A stretch of DNA of 63,227 nt, the filler included, from Choristocarpus tenellus KU-1152 (taxonomy: Eukaryota; Protista; Phaeophyceae), in the NCBI GenBank assembly GCA_964200185.2. It is 11 parts of 11 records of this genome, joined end to end, with 100 filler letters (N's around TTAATTAATTAA, not from the genome) between each part and the next. Parts side by side here need not be neighbours in the genome. Positions count along the whole stretch, not along the records: positions 48,423 to 52,427 come from CAXNAD020016706.1; positions 52,528 to 57,076 come from CAXNAD020014047.1; positions 57,177 to 63,227 come from CAXNAD020009070.1; 8 more parts are not named here. The stretch is one strand, 5' to 3'. The position numbers were made by a program, and so were the translations under genes. Below, piece by piece: positions 50,573-63,197 of the stretch (position 1 is its first letter; each line of letters opens with the position of its first letter). The notes under the pieces were generated by a model. The model was given only the letters and a program-made list of their open reading frames with translations. It did no database searches and had not been told where the DNA came from.

Positions 50573-50836
50573 GAGCGAAAGTATCTTAGAGGGTAGGGCC
50601 GCGTCCATTTGGGGACCAAAATCTAAAGATCCGATTGGATGAAATTTGACTATTGTGTTTTGTTTGGAAGTGTCAATATCCTTGTTCCAGACACACCTTT
50701 TCATAACATGAACACTTTACCTACCCCGAAATATTTTTGAGTAGTAGGAAAATGTCACAAAAAAAACATGGGAGGCTAAGCCCCAAATGGACAAACAGGG
50801 CAAAACTCGTACCCTCTAAGTAAGATACTTTCACTC
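50573..50836 (+). mobile_element. MITE family 1, full copy
   Basis: GAGCGAAAGTATCTTAGAGGGTA ... ATACTTTCACTC with perfect TSD TTAT. The right TIR carries a small TAAG duplication. Confidence 0.92.
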
Positions 50837-52094
50837 TTATTGAAGTTTTCATTGCCTTAACATTCAGACAAATAATTCATCATCCGTCTGACACCTGGCA
50901 TAGAGGAGCTTACTCTATGACCACTTACAACGGAATGAGACTTCTAAATTACAAATGAATTATGATACACACAAAATTTCCACACTCTAGCAACGAGTGA
51001 ACAAGAAGACTCGAATTTTTTCCAATAATCGATGCCTTTTGGAAGGAATAGAATATCAGGATTATGTGGATGAGTTGAAGTAACGAGACTTTAACCGAGA
51101 GGCTTCAATCCAAAGTTCAAATGAAGCGAAAGGGTTTCAAGACAGTTTTTCATATCGAGTAGCACGAACAGAGAGAGGCTGTCAAATTGTACCCTTGACT
51201 GGGTTCGTAACCCCTGCGTACTGTCCATTTTCAACCACCCTCGTCGAGTCCGTTCACCATATTGAAACCTTGGTCAAATCACTATCTAGCGTTCAGGATG
51301 TGAAAATGTTTCTCTGAATACAGGTAGGTGGTGCATGTAGATGAACAAATTTAAGAATTGTCCTCACAATACAAAGTAGAGAATAAGAATCCGTTAAAAT
51401 GTAGAACTACTACAAACAACAAAGATTAAAAAAAAATGATACTTTCAGCTATGAAGAGGTGGAAGTATTGTATTCCAATAATTTAAACCTGCTAATTGAA
51501 ACTGGACTCAGGGGATGTACGGAATAACATCCACATAAGATATTATACATGTACTATCCCAACTACACTCTAACCCTGAAAAATGTATGTATTTATACTT
51601 CTAAGTAGAGCTGTTCATTACCAGATCTTTTGTCTATGTTTGACTTTTTCGAATTTCCAGCTCTTCTTTTCTAGAACAAAATCGATATCTTCCGTCACCC
51701 CTGTTCCCTTAGAAGTTGAAACACAAAATATCTGAAAACTATCTCCTTGCTACTCGTATAGTACCACTCTTACTACTTCCTACTTCCTATTGCTGAACAG
51801 AAGCATCTTCTAGCAGTTTAATTGATATTTAACGCCGACAAACCCCGAACATCTATTGTTATATAGATTATGTGTGAGATTTTACAGATGTGTCAGGGAA
51901 AAAGTCAACTCAATACTCCTCTGAAGATCAACAAAATGTCAAAATCAAAATAATATATATTGATATATTGATATATTGAATATCATATCAACAACCCTTG
52001 TAATTTATTCCGATTTATTCCCGATTTCGATTGACTGAGAAATCGGCACTGAAAGACATGGTATGATGTGTGAGGAATGTATTGATATTACATA

Positions 52095-52427
52095 TTTTTC
52101 GGGGGAGTAGGACAATTCGGTGTTGGGGTCCCAAATGGCATTGGACGTGCACTCCTGGCTATCCGCCTGAGGAATGAGTGCGGAGAATGGGTCATCAATC
52201 TGGACGAAAGAAATGCTTTCAACAGCGCACGCCGCTCAGCCTTCATCCAGGCCCTCCCAGAGACCCTACCAGACCTCCTTCCTACCTTACGTTTCCAAGG
52301 TGTATGGGAATACAAGGAATCTTCTTTTCTCCCTAGATGAAGGAGGGACGAAGATTCTACCATCGAGATCTGGGGTCCAACAGGGAGACCCACTAGGTCC
52401 CCTCTTATATTGCATGGCAACACACAA
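52095..52427 (+). mobile_element. Non-LTR retrotransposon reverse transcriptase fragment, CRE/SLACS-like
   Basis: QFGVGVPNG, LDERNAFNSARR and, after a frameshift, SRSGVQQGDPLGPLLYC. Truncated by the contig end. Confidence 0.8.
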
Positions 52428-52527
52428 NNNNNNNNNNNNNNNNNNNNNNNNNNNNNNNNNNNNNNNNNNNNTTAATTAATTAANNNNNNNNNNNNNNNNN
52501 NNNNNNNNNNNNNNNNNNNNNNNNNNN

Positions 52528-52670
52528 GGGTTCTACACCAAGGGGGCCCTGACCAGGAGAATTGCACTTACATTATCCATCCGACGCAATCAACCAAATT
52601 CACCCAAAAATCGTAACATGGAAAAATGGGCTGAATGGACAGCCGTCACCCCCCCCCAGATAATTGTGCA
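52528..52670 (+). mobile_element. Poly-G MITE (family 2), partial
   Basis: TCTACACCA..GG..CC and ATGGACAGC.G.CACCCCCCCCAGATA are shared with 17623-17801. Confidence 0.55.
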
Positions 52671-53355
52671 ATTCATTTATCAATTCCCTATCATATCTAC
52701 GTCAGGAATTTCCCGACAAGAGAGATTATACAAGCCCTGTAAATCAACGCTGGCTCGATAGAGTTTTTTTTGTCAATCTCCCAGTAATGCTTGTATGCCT
52801 TGGTTAAATGTGGTGTGATTGTCCACAACTCCGCCTCCTTAAGTAGCCAAACCGATTGAGAGGTAGGGAGGTTTGGACCCTTTTGTAATCTAAACCAATT
52901 TCTTACCCTGTGCATTTCACTCTATTTCATTACTTCATTGTTACAGGCGAATAGCGCTAGCATTTCTTCTCGTGTTCTAGCAAGCGCGAGCAGTATACGA
53001 TATTTGTAGCAAACAGGTGGCCTTACAGAATAAACGCTGATTTCTTAGAAGTTGCAGGAAATACTTGTATTTTGAGTATGTATATAACGGCTGGGAGACG
53101 TCTTCCAATTTGTAGTCTATAGAATTTGGGTGCATGATGCAAATAAAGAACACTTTGACTGCCACCAAATTACGTCTTGATTCACTCTATATTTTTCGGT
53201 TAAAATAATAAGTCAGGCTTTGGCCTAAGCACTAAGTGAAGAATATAGAGAAGAGTGACTGACATCTGCATGTGGCTATCAACTGTGGAAATACCCCCGT
53301 AGCGTCGTTTTAAGGTCGTTGGATTAGAGTAACACATCCTGTGGAGGTGAGTTCT

Positions 53356-53614
53356 GAACCAAAGTATCTTAGAGGGTAGAGCCGCGTCCATTTGGGGGTC
53401 AAACTCCAATGTTCCGATTTTGATGTAAATTTGGCCATCGTGTTTGTTAGGAAGTGTCAATATCCATGTTCTGAATACACCTCTTCATAACGTATACATT
53501 TTACCTACTCCTCAACATCTCGGAGTAGGAAAATGTCCTAAAATGCCCCATGGAGAGCCAAGCCCCAAATGGACAAACAGGGCAAACCTCGTACCCTCTA
53601 AGATACTTTCACTC
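53356..53614 (+). mobile_element. MITE family 1, full copy, ~840 bp upstream of the LHC start codon
   Basis: GAACCAAAGTATCTTAGAGGGTA ... TACCCTCTAAGATACTTTCACTC with perfect TSD TTCT. Confidence 0.92.
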
Positions 53615-54457
53615 TTCTGGAGCATGCTGTAACATTATGTCCACAATAGTGTACGCAGAATCGATATGCCTTCTACAATTGTACAAAATGACAACTTTTC
53701 GGCCATCTCGAGACCTTCAAATTCAACCTTGTTTACCCCTCAGTTGGTTTAACTCTTCTGCATTTTGTAGCAGGAGGTGTCACCGAAGGGTGAAAAAGAC
53801 GAGTATTCGTTGCTTTGCCCTGAGGCCTTTCAGGGAGAGGAGGTCAGAGGGGCTACACACGCCACTACTTTTCACACTAGCTATAATAACTAAATGTTAC
53901 TCTACGAGTAATTTGCCTTTCTTCGTACCTCCCAATCTTCTCATTCATTGGGTTCAATAGTCCTACTGGTGATTGCTCCCTCTCCTCCCTGGATCTTGTG
54001 CTATACCCCTCTCGACTTCGCTTGGCAATGAACCCTTACCACCTCTCTTGTATTTCTCCCGCTTGTGTGGTAGAGCGATAGATAGGATAGTACAGAGTGC
54101 GTACAATCCGCGCTTCTTGCCACGTGCTTCTGGTTAATCCGTACCAGATTTCCCAATTTCCCTGTAAAGAAATTAGGCGTGGAGGGGGTTTGAACCCTCG
54201 AAATATTTGGAGGAAAACGTTCATTTAACTAGTTCTACTATATATTATGAAATCACATTCAGTAAGTAAACTTGTCCGCGAGACTACATTCTAGATCTGC
54301 GCGCGGGTTGCATTAGCTGATTCATATTACTTGAGTTTAGAGGAGAAGATTTTCTTCAATAGGTGGAGAACATGCGCCAACACACCAGAGTGCGAGAAAC
54401 ACCTCAACCAGACTACTTCTCGCATTGAGACTCGTTACTAACCAATATAACTCGAAC

Positions 54458-56299
54458 ATGAAGTCTGCTGTCGCTGCTATCGCCTTTGGCGCCGTTGGCG
54501 CCAGCGCCTTCATGGGGTCGCCCGTTGTGAACAGGGTGGCGGTATCTTCCCCCACTGAGGTGTGTTTGAGGTGGAGAAGGGATATGATGGGACTCTCTCT
54601 CTCTCATACGTGGAATGTTAGTGGGTAAGGAGGAGGTCTTGCATTGTTCAAGAGTGGAAAGAAGTCGCGATTTTATGGGATTATGCGTCATTGTCTGTCC
54701 TTTGACCACCTGTGTTCGGTACGGCATGGCATCAACGTTTACCGATGAGGATGGAGGATCTGAGGAAAATGACATGGAAAGTTGGTAAAGTACCTCAAAG
54801 CAGAACAAAGGTGCCTTCCGCGTCAGAAATAGCGTTTGAATGGTGGCCGTGGGGCCCAAGTTCCGTGAAGCCTACATCACATGCTATGGACAATGGATGT
54901 GATGGGTGATAGGCATGCCCAAATCGCTGATTCGGTTCAAACCCCCTGGGCTTCTTGTACGAGCTCATTTAGGCGACTGAGGGTGCAGGGCTGGTTCGGA
55001 GGACAGCGTTCGGTTTTTAATAGGGGAACACCCCAGGACTGAAGATCTAAAGCAGTGTTGGTCTGTTGTGACTTCTGACGTTGTTGTTACTCGTCATACA
55101 AGTTGAATTCGGATTGATTTACATATAATCTATGTGTTAACATCATTCTTAGCCTATACCTCCTCCACTTTGCCTTTCTTCCTTCCTCCAATGGTGTATG
55201 TAGCTTTCCATGGCTGGCAGGAAGAACATTGGTCAGGAGACAGAGCGCTCCATCGCCCTCCCTTTCGCGGCCAAGCCGAAGAACCTCAACGGCGAGCTCG
55301 TGGGTGACGTTGGCTTCGACCCCTTCCGCTTCAGCGACAATGTACGTCCATTGTTCTATTGTGCTGCATTTAAGGCATATTCAGGAGTTACAAGCCTGAT
55401 GGCACATTTAACTTTTTCAAGTTCAGGTTTCGAAAGCTAAATGGCGGTCGACAAGATTAATTTAACCTTTTGGCTTCCTTGTCGAACTTGCATTTTACAT
55501 GTGTTTTACGTGCTGACAAGCAGTTGCGATGATGATCTCCAGAGTTTAGTTGCCGTTCCTCTCGTGTTCCTGCTGAGGGGAGTGCATAGATGTGCATATC
55601 TCGCAAATACTTACATTTGAGAACTGTTCGATGAAATATGAAATCTTTAACCACAGATCAAATACACCTTCGAAACCTAACTGCTCTGAGGAGTCTTGAG
55701 ACGTGCGATAAAGAGCCTCAAGGAGTAGATATTCCATGTGAAGGCATCTCACTCTCAGAGAGTAATTACGCATGAAATACCTCCATTTGTGTCTGTTCCT
55801 GGAAAGGAAGATCCCCACATTCTCCTCCGTTTCTGACTTGTTTTTAAATCGAAAAAACCTATAATTGTGTCAGGGTGACTTGGCTAAGTACCGCCGGGCC
55901 GAACTCAAGCACGGCCGTGTAGCAATGTTGGGTGTGCTGGGTGCCATCTACCAGGAAATCAATGTGCTGCCTGGCATGGATTACCATACCACCAAGAACT
56001 TGTTCCAGGCTTTGGCGGACACCCCATGGATCGCTCTTGTGCAGCTGATTGCATTTGTTGGTGTGTTTGACCTTGCATCCACCAAGTACGACATGGAGCA
56101 GGGACGGGTACCAGGGGACATTGGCTTCGACCCCTTGAAGCTTTCTGCGGATGGTATCAACGAGAAGTGGGCGCTTGCTGAGCTCAAGCATGGCCGTCTG
56201 GCAATGTGGGCCATGGCAGGCTTCCTAGTGCAGCAACTAATTGCTCCTGACAAGTCCATTCTGGACATGACTTTTGAGTGGTCTAAGACCATTGGCTAA
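54458..56299 (+). CDS. Lhcr: Light-harvesting complex protein (fucoxanthin-chlorophyll a/c binding family, Lhcr-like), 221 aa, complete
   Basis: Exons 54458-54559, 55204-55341 and 55874-56299, all phase 0. Presequence MKSAVAAIAFGAVGASA-F. SIALPF..P..L.G..VGDVGFDP is Lhcr-type. Helix 1 is AELKHGRVAMLG; the second GFDPL motif precedes helix 3 AELKHGRLAM. LHC family is secure; the subfamily is less certain. Confidence 0.95.
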
Positions 56300-57176
56300 G
56301 TCAGTGATGCAGGGCAGGGGGATTGGTGTTTGGGGTGATGTGATAGCAAGTCCTACATGTGAAGGTACTTGTTTTTGTTGTTCTGCAAAGGGTTACAAGA
56401 CAGAGCTTTCACCTGAGGAATGAGAATACCTAAGGATGATCTGCTGTAGATCTTCGCCACCTGTGCCTGATTCCTATTGACTAGATTGTCTTCCCAGGTT
56501 GTTGCACCGTCACCCAAGTTTGATTCACTGTAGGTGACGAAGTGAACTACTACTGTGCCCATCTTCTTGCTGCAGGGTCCTTGTCTTGGATGCCTCTTTT
56601 ACTTGCCTCATGGTGATGCCTTGTTTGCCATTGCCCTTGAGAGTTATGATTGCCATGAGTCCACAGTAAGATTTTCATAGATAAAACAGGCATGTGAAGG
56701 TTTTCTGGTTTCTTGCTCTTTGCTCTGCTTTCTTCAAATTTGTTGTTACATCGGCAGTGACATGTTGAACAATTGTGAATGAAGTTACAGGGAGCTTGTG
56801 AGAGGGGTTGTAGGATGCTGCATTGTCTTGTTCTTGCAGTGGTAGGTGAACACCTTGTCCTCCATTACTGATTATTTTTTGTGTCTGTGTTGAAGTTAGA
56901 GGGGGGGGCATACCAGGTAGTCCTGACCCTGCAGTGGATGTTGAGATGGTGGCAAGAGTGTGAAGAGGCTCTGGATACATTTAGAAGGGGGGGGGGGGGT
57001 TCTACGCGGGCAGTAGAGGTATAGGATGTGGGAGGGGGATGCCTTGTGAATCAAGGGTTAAAAACTATCCCCAAGTNNNNNNNNNNNNNNNNNNNNNNNN
57101 NNNNNNNNNNNNNNNNNNNNTTAATTAATTAANNNNNNNNNNNNNNNNNNNNNNNNNNNNNNNNNNNNNNNNNNNN

Positions 57177-57223
57177 TTGACCCCCAAATGGACGCGGCTC
57201 TACCCTATTAGATACTTTGGCTC
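57177..57223 (-). mobile_element. MITE family 1, left terminus at contig start
   Basis: CCCCCAAATGGACGCGGCTCTACCCTATTAGATACTTTGGCTC. Confidence 0.8.
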
Positions 57224-57339
57224 AATAAGAGAATCGGGACGAGGGGCGGGAAGGAGGGGGAGGTGGAGAGGCGGGCGGGCGCACACGTTGGCAAAGTAGT
57301 GATTGACCAACGGTAAACAGAGCAGATGGGAGTGTTTTA

Positions 57340-57532
57340 CACGAATAACTTGCTTGAACTAACTACTGGACGAACGAGGCATCATCAACATGGTTAACTA
57401 ACTACTAGACGAACGAGGCATCATCAACATTGTTAACTAACTACTGGACGAACGAGGCATCATCAACATTGTTGTTAAATGTTGATGATGCCTTCTTCGT
57501 CCAGTAGTTAGTTCAAGCAAGTTGTTCATGTG
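57340..57532. repeat. Foldback: three tandem 39-bp units followed by one inverted copy
   Basis: AACTAACTACT(G/A)GACGAACGAGGCATCATCAACAT(G/T)GTT starts at 57357, 57396 and 57435. The stretch ~57478-57532 is the reverse complement of ~57340-57392. Confidence 0.9.
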
Positions 57533-59361
57533 TCGGTTGAACTCCTCATAGCATGCTTACCAGAGTCGGCGCCTATTTTGCTTCAGGTGACGTGCACAGT
57601 TTCGCGCGGTGGCGGGGGGAGGAGGGATACAACGAATGAGCAGGAAATCGATAAACTGGTGTTTTTCTTATTTCATGTGAAAGAGATTTTTTTTTAAACC
57701 ATATTTTTGCTCTGGGCTGTTGTCGCCTTATTCTCCCTCTTCTCCCTGTTGTTCTCTTACGATATGTGACAAGTCAAACAAGTTTCCCGAAAAAATAGGT
57801 AAGTGCACATCAGCGTATCTGACAGGGGGTGGGAGAAGGGGGGGCAGATCGCAACAAACGATATTTCGGGCATGACTGAGATATTCGTAGAAAGAGGTCA
57901 ATCATCACATAATATCAACACTTACAAGCGCTCAGCGTTAGCTTCTTCTACTTGGGGACGATGGCAATAATTGATAAACAATTCAATAATATGGTAAAAT
58001 AACACTTCTTCTCACTCAGTCGACCATCCATAATGATGATGAAACGCAACCCTGAAAGAAACTACATCGAAGTGCTATTTTTTTTAGCATGTCGAAAAAA
58101 GCGGTACAAAATTTAATATTTTCAGGTTTGGCACAAAATCGGGGTAGGTACTGTATTTATCAATTAAGTATGTCCTACTACCACCTTCGGCATGGATTCC
58201 CATTCAAAAAGGGGCCCTAAAAAGGTTTTATGACATTTACAAAAAAAACATGTTGGCACTTTCCGCGCACCATTTCGGTCAAACCCATCCTCCATGAAAT
58301 GATCCATCCACCATTATCATGATCCGCTGTTCATAGTAGAAAGGAGATAAACGATTTCTTACTATGTTCTTGGAATATAATGTACCCTGAAGCATGGCAT
58401 ACTTCTACAAATTGGGATAACAAGAGAGATATGTGAGGTCCCTCACAACCTTGTGATTCCTCTGTACATGACAGTGCTGAGCGAGAGCGCTAAGAAAGTT
58501 CCTTTGCCCCAACAATGTAGATATATACATCGCCCAGAAGAAATTTTCGTCCAGCAAACCACTGCTCCGGGATCCTGTTCATCTTCAAGGTGGGCTCATA
58601 AGCATGAATTCTTCACCCCATCAGTTACTCGTACTAGTAAATGTCTGTGCCATCCACAGCTGGAACCTACTGAAGTTGTGATATGTTGTGTTGAATTCCT
58701 CAGAGTATACACCACATGCCATATAGTGATGGAAATGATGTGGCAAGAAAATTAGACACTAGATGACTACATACAGTAGTACCTACTTTTTCATTCAGAT
58801 GTCCTGCGTGTAAGTTTGGTCCTTTCAAACCTGGGCTCAGAGCAAGACTGTGAAGCAGAAAAGGTGACAAATAAGAAAAAATGGAACAAATGTGGAAGAA
58901 AAAATATATGAATAATAATGGAAAAAGAGAGAACGAGGGGACTGGAACAAAGCAACGAAAGTTCAAACCTCTGACTCCTGACTGAGAGCTTAACCAACTT
59001 CCGCTATGGCAGTCTAACAATGGAACCTCCCGTGCACCAAGAAATCAAAAACATCAAGTGCAATGAGGATTGTAGACCGTTTAAGGCAGAAATCTGCATT
59101 TTCTACCTCACCAAGCATCATCGCATAGACCTGACTGGCCGGAAAAAGAAGTATCTCATGTAAGAAGGGAAGAGAAGGGTCACATGACGTAGCAGACCTG
59201 AGTGACATTATCTGTTGTAATGATGGTTTCACTGGCAATAACCTTCCAAGAACTCTGAATTCAGTTGATGCTCAATAAGATGGTCAAGGCCTACACATAT
59301 CCCAGAGTGTGGGTTCCCAATGATCCCAGCGCTGAACATAACTGTACAATCATTTTAGAAA

Positions 59362-61787
59362 TTATGCAGCAGGATTTGGGTCCAGGGCACTGAGCTCTCG
59401 CTGCAACTCCTCTAGCCCATTCCCCTTGAGAGCTGTGACCATCAAGGCCGGGAGGGATGATTGGCGGGGTGAAACCTGCACGGAAGAGCCATGTTGAGGC
59501 AGAAAATATTCAAAGTGGGGGATGGCAGACAAATACAGATGAGGTAATAATTCAGAAAATCCAATCAAAAGCATGGTGATGCGGCATTCATTACTGCACC
59601 ATAACTTGCTTCCAATGGGACCTCTTACTCAGGTCAGACCTGAGGATATACTTGCTTGACTGCTGTGGTACTCTAAATATGTGATACTCCCACTTGGAGC
59701 ACTACAATCTAAATGAAATCCCCACGTATGTTACGGATATTGCAGACACAGTTGACCATTACTATAAACAACATAACTCGGGAACTAGTCATTTTAGACG
59801 TCACTCGGAGGAAAGCGTGCGTAGAGCCCCCTGACCGATGGCACGACACCCCTAATGCGCCAGCCCCTGTTGATATCTCACCCTTTTGCTACCTTTTCGA
59901 GAGCTTGCACTCGCAAGTATCTATCAATGGCAGACTGGAAGAACTTATGATTCTCCCCGAATGCAATGTACTCTATCGGATGAAGATAGTCTCTTGTACA
60001 ACTAGTGATTTTTAAAAAATCAAGACTTCCTCTTAGTAGATAAGGCTTCCGTTAAAAAACAAGGATGCCATCGAGATCACAAAACCACAATGGAGAGACT
60101 GAACCACACAGTACCAGAACTTGGGAGCCAAAGTATCTTAGAGGATAGAGCCGCGTCCATTTGGGGATCAAAATCCAATGTTGCGATTTGGGTGTAATTT
60201 TGGCTATATCATTTGTTAGGAAGTGTCAATATCCTTGTTCCCGGAAACACCCTTTCATGATGTACACATTTTATCTTCTCCGAGACATTTTGGAGTAGGA
60301 AAATGGCATAAAAAAAAAACTGGGAAGCCAAGCCCCAAATGGACAACGATGGAAAAACTGGTACCCTCTAAGATACTTTCACTCTGAGTTGTTCATAGGC
60401 ACTCCCCACGTCAGGACCCAAGGTAAGGGCCCGCTTGGTCCACGATACCAGTCTTGCGGCAACAGCAAGATAGACTGTGTCGGCACATTTCTCGACAGGA
60501 TGCAGTTGCAATGTTCAGTTCAAGTACTACCTGTGTGTATGCCCTTGTACTGGGGCGAGTATGCAACCACCTGCCTCTACTGTAATGATGCAGCTTGGCG
60601 CTTAATCACGGGGGCCTGTTGAGTATGTAGGGTTGGGGCTAGGGTTAGGGTTAGGGTTAGAGTCCTTGCAACGGGAGCATAAACACCCACCCAGATGTCA
60701 AATTTCAGGTTCACGGTGCCACCCGCTCTCTAGATCAAAACACCTACCACCATCACTTTTGTAGTCATGACAGTAGCGGTATCATTGACTCGAACCATCA
60801 TACCTAGACAGTAGCGGTACCATCATACCTAGACTCCACAACCACGGGTATCATCCTCTCGATACTTCTAGATTTAACAAACCCTGTACCGCCCTTAAAA
60901 GAACCACTCAGTGGTCTAATGCCTTCGAATATTGTCGACAATTTCAGGCCTGTTTGTGAGGGGTTCATCTGAGAGAGCGACTGCCTTCAGTGAAAAGGTC
61001 TTGAGACCCAGTCACCAAAAGCTATATCGCCCATGCCGCCTACACAAAATCACTCACGACACCCAAACGAAAAATTTTAGCAACTCCTACTTTCCGAGCT
61101 GTGCATATATGCCAAAACAAATATTACGACTCTACTCATTCAGGTAGTGAGTGCTCCAACACCTCCAACTAGAGGGAGCACTGCGCAGGGTACACGCAGT
61201 TCACTTCCAACCACCACCACAACCAGCAGTAGTTCTACCACTTCACTCAGGAGTGCTTGAAACCATACGACGATCATGACATTGTATACAGTAGCAGGTT
61301 CACAAAGTATTTAAGTGTGTGGTCTTATCAGAATACACCCCGAAGGGCTCTTGTTTGGTGAGAAGTGGCATGTAGTCGCGTTCTTCAAAGTAGTAGTTTG
61401 TGGGTGCCCTCTATGATCCCCGAGCATGTCTCACACAAGCTATTAATTACACTATGCAACTTCATGCGGATAGGGGGGCGGGGGGGGCGGGGGGGGGTTG
61501 GGGTGTGGATTGCAGTTAAACTTTTGTTCTGCAAGTAGAGCAAAGTGTATGTTTTTGTGGATGCGGGTTCTGTGCAACCACTCCTGTGGGAAGGGCGGCG
61601 ACAATTCTGAACAAAAAAAAGGCAAACGACTTCCAACCTCTCATCAAGGCAAACGCCACAACTTCTACTCAAAGCAGCATTCACCTCATCAATCTGGCTG
61701 CGCACAAGTGTCACCCTGCGGGCCAGGTCGATCCTCTTCACCAGGTCACACTTAGTCATCACAACCTGGATTTTGGGAGGTTCATAC
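59362..61787 (-). CDS. engB: EngB/YihA/YsxC-family GTP-binding protein, last two exons
   Basis: Exon 61787-61685 encodes YEPPKIQVVMTKCDLVKRIDLARRVTLVRSQIDE (G4 TKxD). It splices in phase 0 to exon 59475-59362, VSPRQSSLPALMVTALKGNGLEELQRELSALDPNPAA* (G5 region). G1-G3 are not found in this contig. Confidence 0.7.
60125..60384 (+). mobile_element. MITE family 1, full copy in the EngB intron
   Basis: GAGCCAAAGTATCTTAGAGGATA ... TACCCTCTAAGATACTTTCACTC. Confidence 0.9.
60628..60660 (+). repeat. Interstitial telomere-like (TTAGGG)n tract
   Basis: TAGGGTTGGGGCTAGGGTTAGGGTTAGGGTTAG. Confidence 0.8.
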
Positions 61788-62595
61788 CTGCCTGGATCAT
61801 TCAGGGGGCAAGACGTTTAGGGGGTAGGAGCGCTGATCCAAAGCTAGCGGGGGGGGGAACTCATCTGATAGTCAACCAGCAGGTGAAATCGGCACGTCGC
61901 CTGGTTACAAGGCAGCACAGTGAGCAAGCAGTGCACTTAGTTGTTGCAAAAAAATTATGTACACAGAGTGGGGCGGGCTTGTCTGTGACAAACCAGCTTG
62001 TCCGAGCTATTTGACATACAGCGGTATTTTTTTTTCTCATTATACACCTGCAGGCAGGAGGAGTCACCAAAGAAAGGTAAAATAGTTCCAGAAAAGGCAT
62101 GTTCACCCACTGAGTCGACTTTCAGTTTTGACATCCAAATTGTAGAAGAGTATGAAAGATGGTGAGTGCTCTATATTGCCCTGGGACACATATGGTTGCA
62201 CATTTTGATCATTACCTCCAGTCCCTTGTGAAAGGACACAAAAAATGTGCACTATACCCCATGCATGCTGAGGTCACCAGGGCTCCATATCATACCCATT
62301 CTGTCATATGCCCCAAGTATGCAGAAGCATGGGCTACATAGAAGTACTCACTGATGAAACCACTGATAGGGATGGATAACCTGCTGCAACATGCTACTCA
62401 CTAACCACCATGGGCAAATACTCCGATATTCCAGTCCTCCAAACATGTCACACATGCTGTACGGTGTTGTACACGCCTCCCAACTACATGGGAAAAGTTT
62501 TCCTACTAAAGCCTTCCACATGTACATATTGTTTTCGCTGAGGGAAAGGGAGAGTACACCCCCATCACCTATCACAAGGAAAAAGTCCCTCCATC

Positions 62596-62641
62596 AACCC
62601 TAACCCTAACCCTAACCCTAACCCCAACCCCAACCCCAACC
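62596..62641 (-). repeat. Interstitial telomere-like (CCCTAA)4(CCCCAA)3 tract
   Basis: Read directly from the sequence. Confidence 0.85.
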
Positions 62642-63166
62642 ATTCGTTACCAATCCACTGAGACCATCAACTAAGACTGCTCCCGGTACGCTCCTGACTC
62701 AACCTCCCGATAGAAACATCCTCCATCAAGTCTGCGACACAACCAAACACGAAGTATACCTCCTTTACTTCCCATCCCTGTAAGCGCCAATAGTACCTTG
62801 GACACGACATCACTCACTCGAGAGATCAAGCGCGATCTTCAACATAAAAACACTCCATTGCCACACCATATCTCAACCGCCAGCTATGCACCAGGTGGGA
62901 AATCTAGACCGACCAAGAGCACTTACTCAAAACTGATTGATACCTCTCAAATCCTACAACGCCTTCCAGTCAAAATCAGAATGATTTTCGCTTTCACAAA
63001 CACAAACAAAAACAAAACGCACGCCTCTACAGCTCAAACGGCCACGACCATCATAGCTCTGATCGTACCTACTCCGACCTGTGTACTCAATCAGTCACTC
63101 CGTAAATCTCCTCCACAAAACAATTCCCAGGAGTAAAAAAAAAAGGGGGGGGGGGGGGGGGGGGGG

Positions 63167-63197
<31 letters not shown>

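Noticed and set aside
1312-56299. VDL1 and Lhcr as a photosynthetic pigment gene cluster
   Set aside because: They lie on different contigs separated by nine artificial spacers, so their proximity is a concatenation artefact.
57357-57473. CRISPR-like array
   Set aside because: The repeats are directly adjacent with no unique spacers, there are no cas genes, and the context is eukaryotic.
62020-62731. Additional upstream EngB exons (near 62047 and 62731)
   Set aside because: Acceptor-like sites exist, but I could not obtain an unambiguous phase-consistent frame or the G1-G3 motifs.
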